A stretch of 63,040 bases of DNA, filler included, from Octopus bimaculoides (taxonomy: Eukaryota), in NCBI RefSeq assembly GCF_001194135.2. It is 7 parts of 7 records of this genome, joined end to end, with 100 filler letters (N's around TTAATTAATTAA, not from the genome) between each part and the next. Parts side by side here need not be neighbours in the genome. Positions count along the whole stretch, not along the records: positions 60,823 to 63,040 come from NC_068999.1; 6 more parts are not named here. One strand, 5' to 3'. The number at the start of each line of letters is the position of its first letter. Positions within the stretch are counted from its first letter, which is position 1. Shown piece after piece: positions 62,810 through 63,040 of this stretch. A model generated the notes under the pieces. That model searched no databases. It was not told the DNA's origin and saw only the letters and a program-made list of their open reading frames with translations. A program made the position numbers and the translations under genes.

Positions 62810-63040
62810 TACCTGTTTCAGTTATTAGACTGCGGCCACGCTAGGGCTCCACCTTGAAGAATTTTTTTAGACGAATGAATCGACTCCATTACTTATCTTT
62901 CAAGACTGGTGCTTATTCTGTCGGTCACTCTTGCCGAACTGCTAGGTTGCGTGGGTCGTTAACACAGTTGTCAAGTGTGCGGCGAACAAGCACACACACA
63001 CACACACACATATTTATACGACAAGCTTCTTTCAGTTTCC
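62810..63040 (-). mobile_element. SINE family A, running off the window end
   Basis: tgtttcagttattagactgcggccacgctagggctccacc..gccgaactgctagg..gcttctttcagtttcc. Confidence 0.82.

Overview
AT-rich, microsatellite-dense eukaryotic genomic DNA with about 10% assembly gaps. It is very probably a coleoid cephalopod (Octopus-like); this is inferred from the repeat families and style, not from a search. No intact protein-coding gene, rRNA, tRNA or CRISPR array is recognisable, and nearly all ORFs in the supplied track are microsatellite or N-gap artefacts. The window is mostly decayed mobile elements: four Penelope-like retroelement (PLE) relics, three of them with inverted or fold-back architecture; an RTE LINE and fragments; a CR1/L2-type fragment; three DNA-transposase relics (Chapaev3-like, BED-finger hAT-like, mariner/maT-like); a Helitron-type end; a long-TIR MITE; and many tRNA-derived SINEs, one full-length with a perfect 13-bp TSD. 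The most notable signal is three minimal type I hammerhead-ribozyme motifs read directly from the sequence (36947-37068 +, 47884-47924 -, 53451-53485 +). Each has a different palindromic helix III, two have intact catalytic cores, and one lies just downstream of a PLE GIY-YIG relic. Several phase-compatible candidate exons suggest an unidentified minus-strand host gene around 37-44 kb, with weaker plus-strand candidates at 54.7-59.6 kb. All alignments, identities and translations were done by eye.
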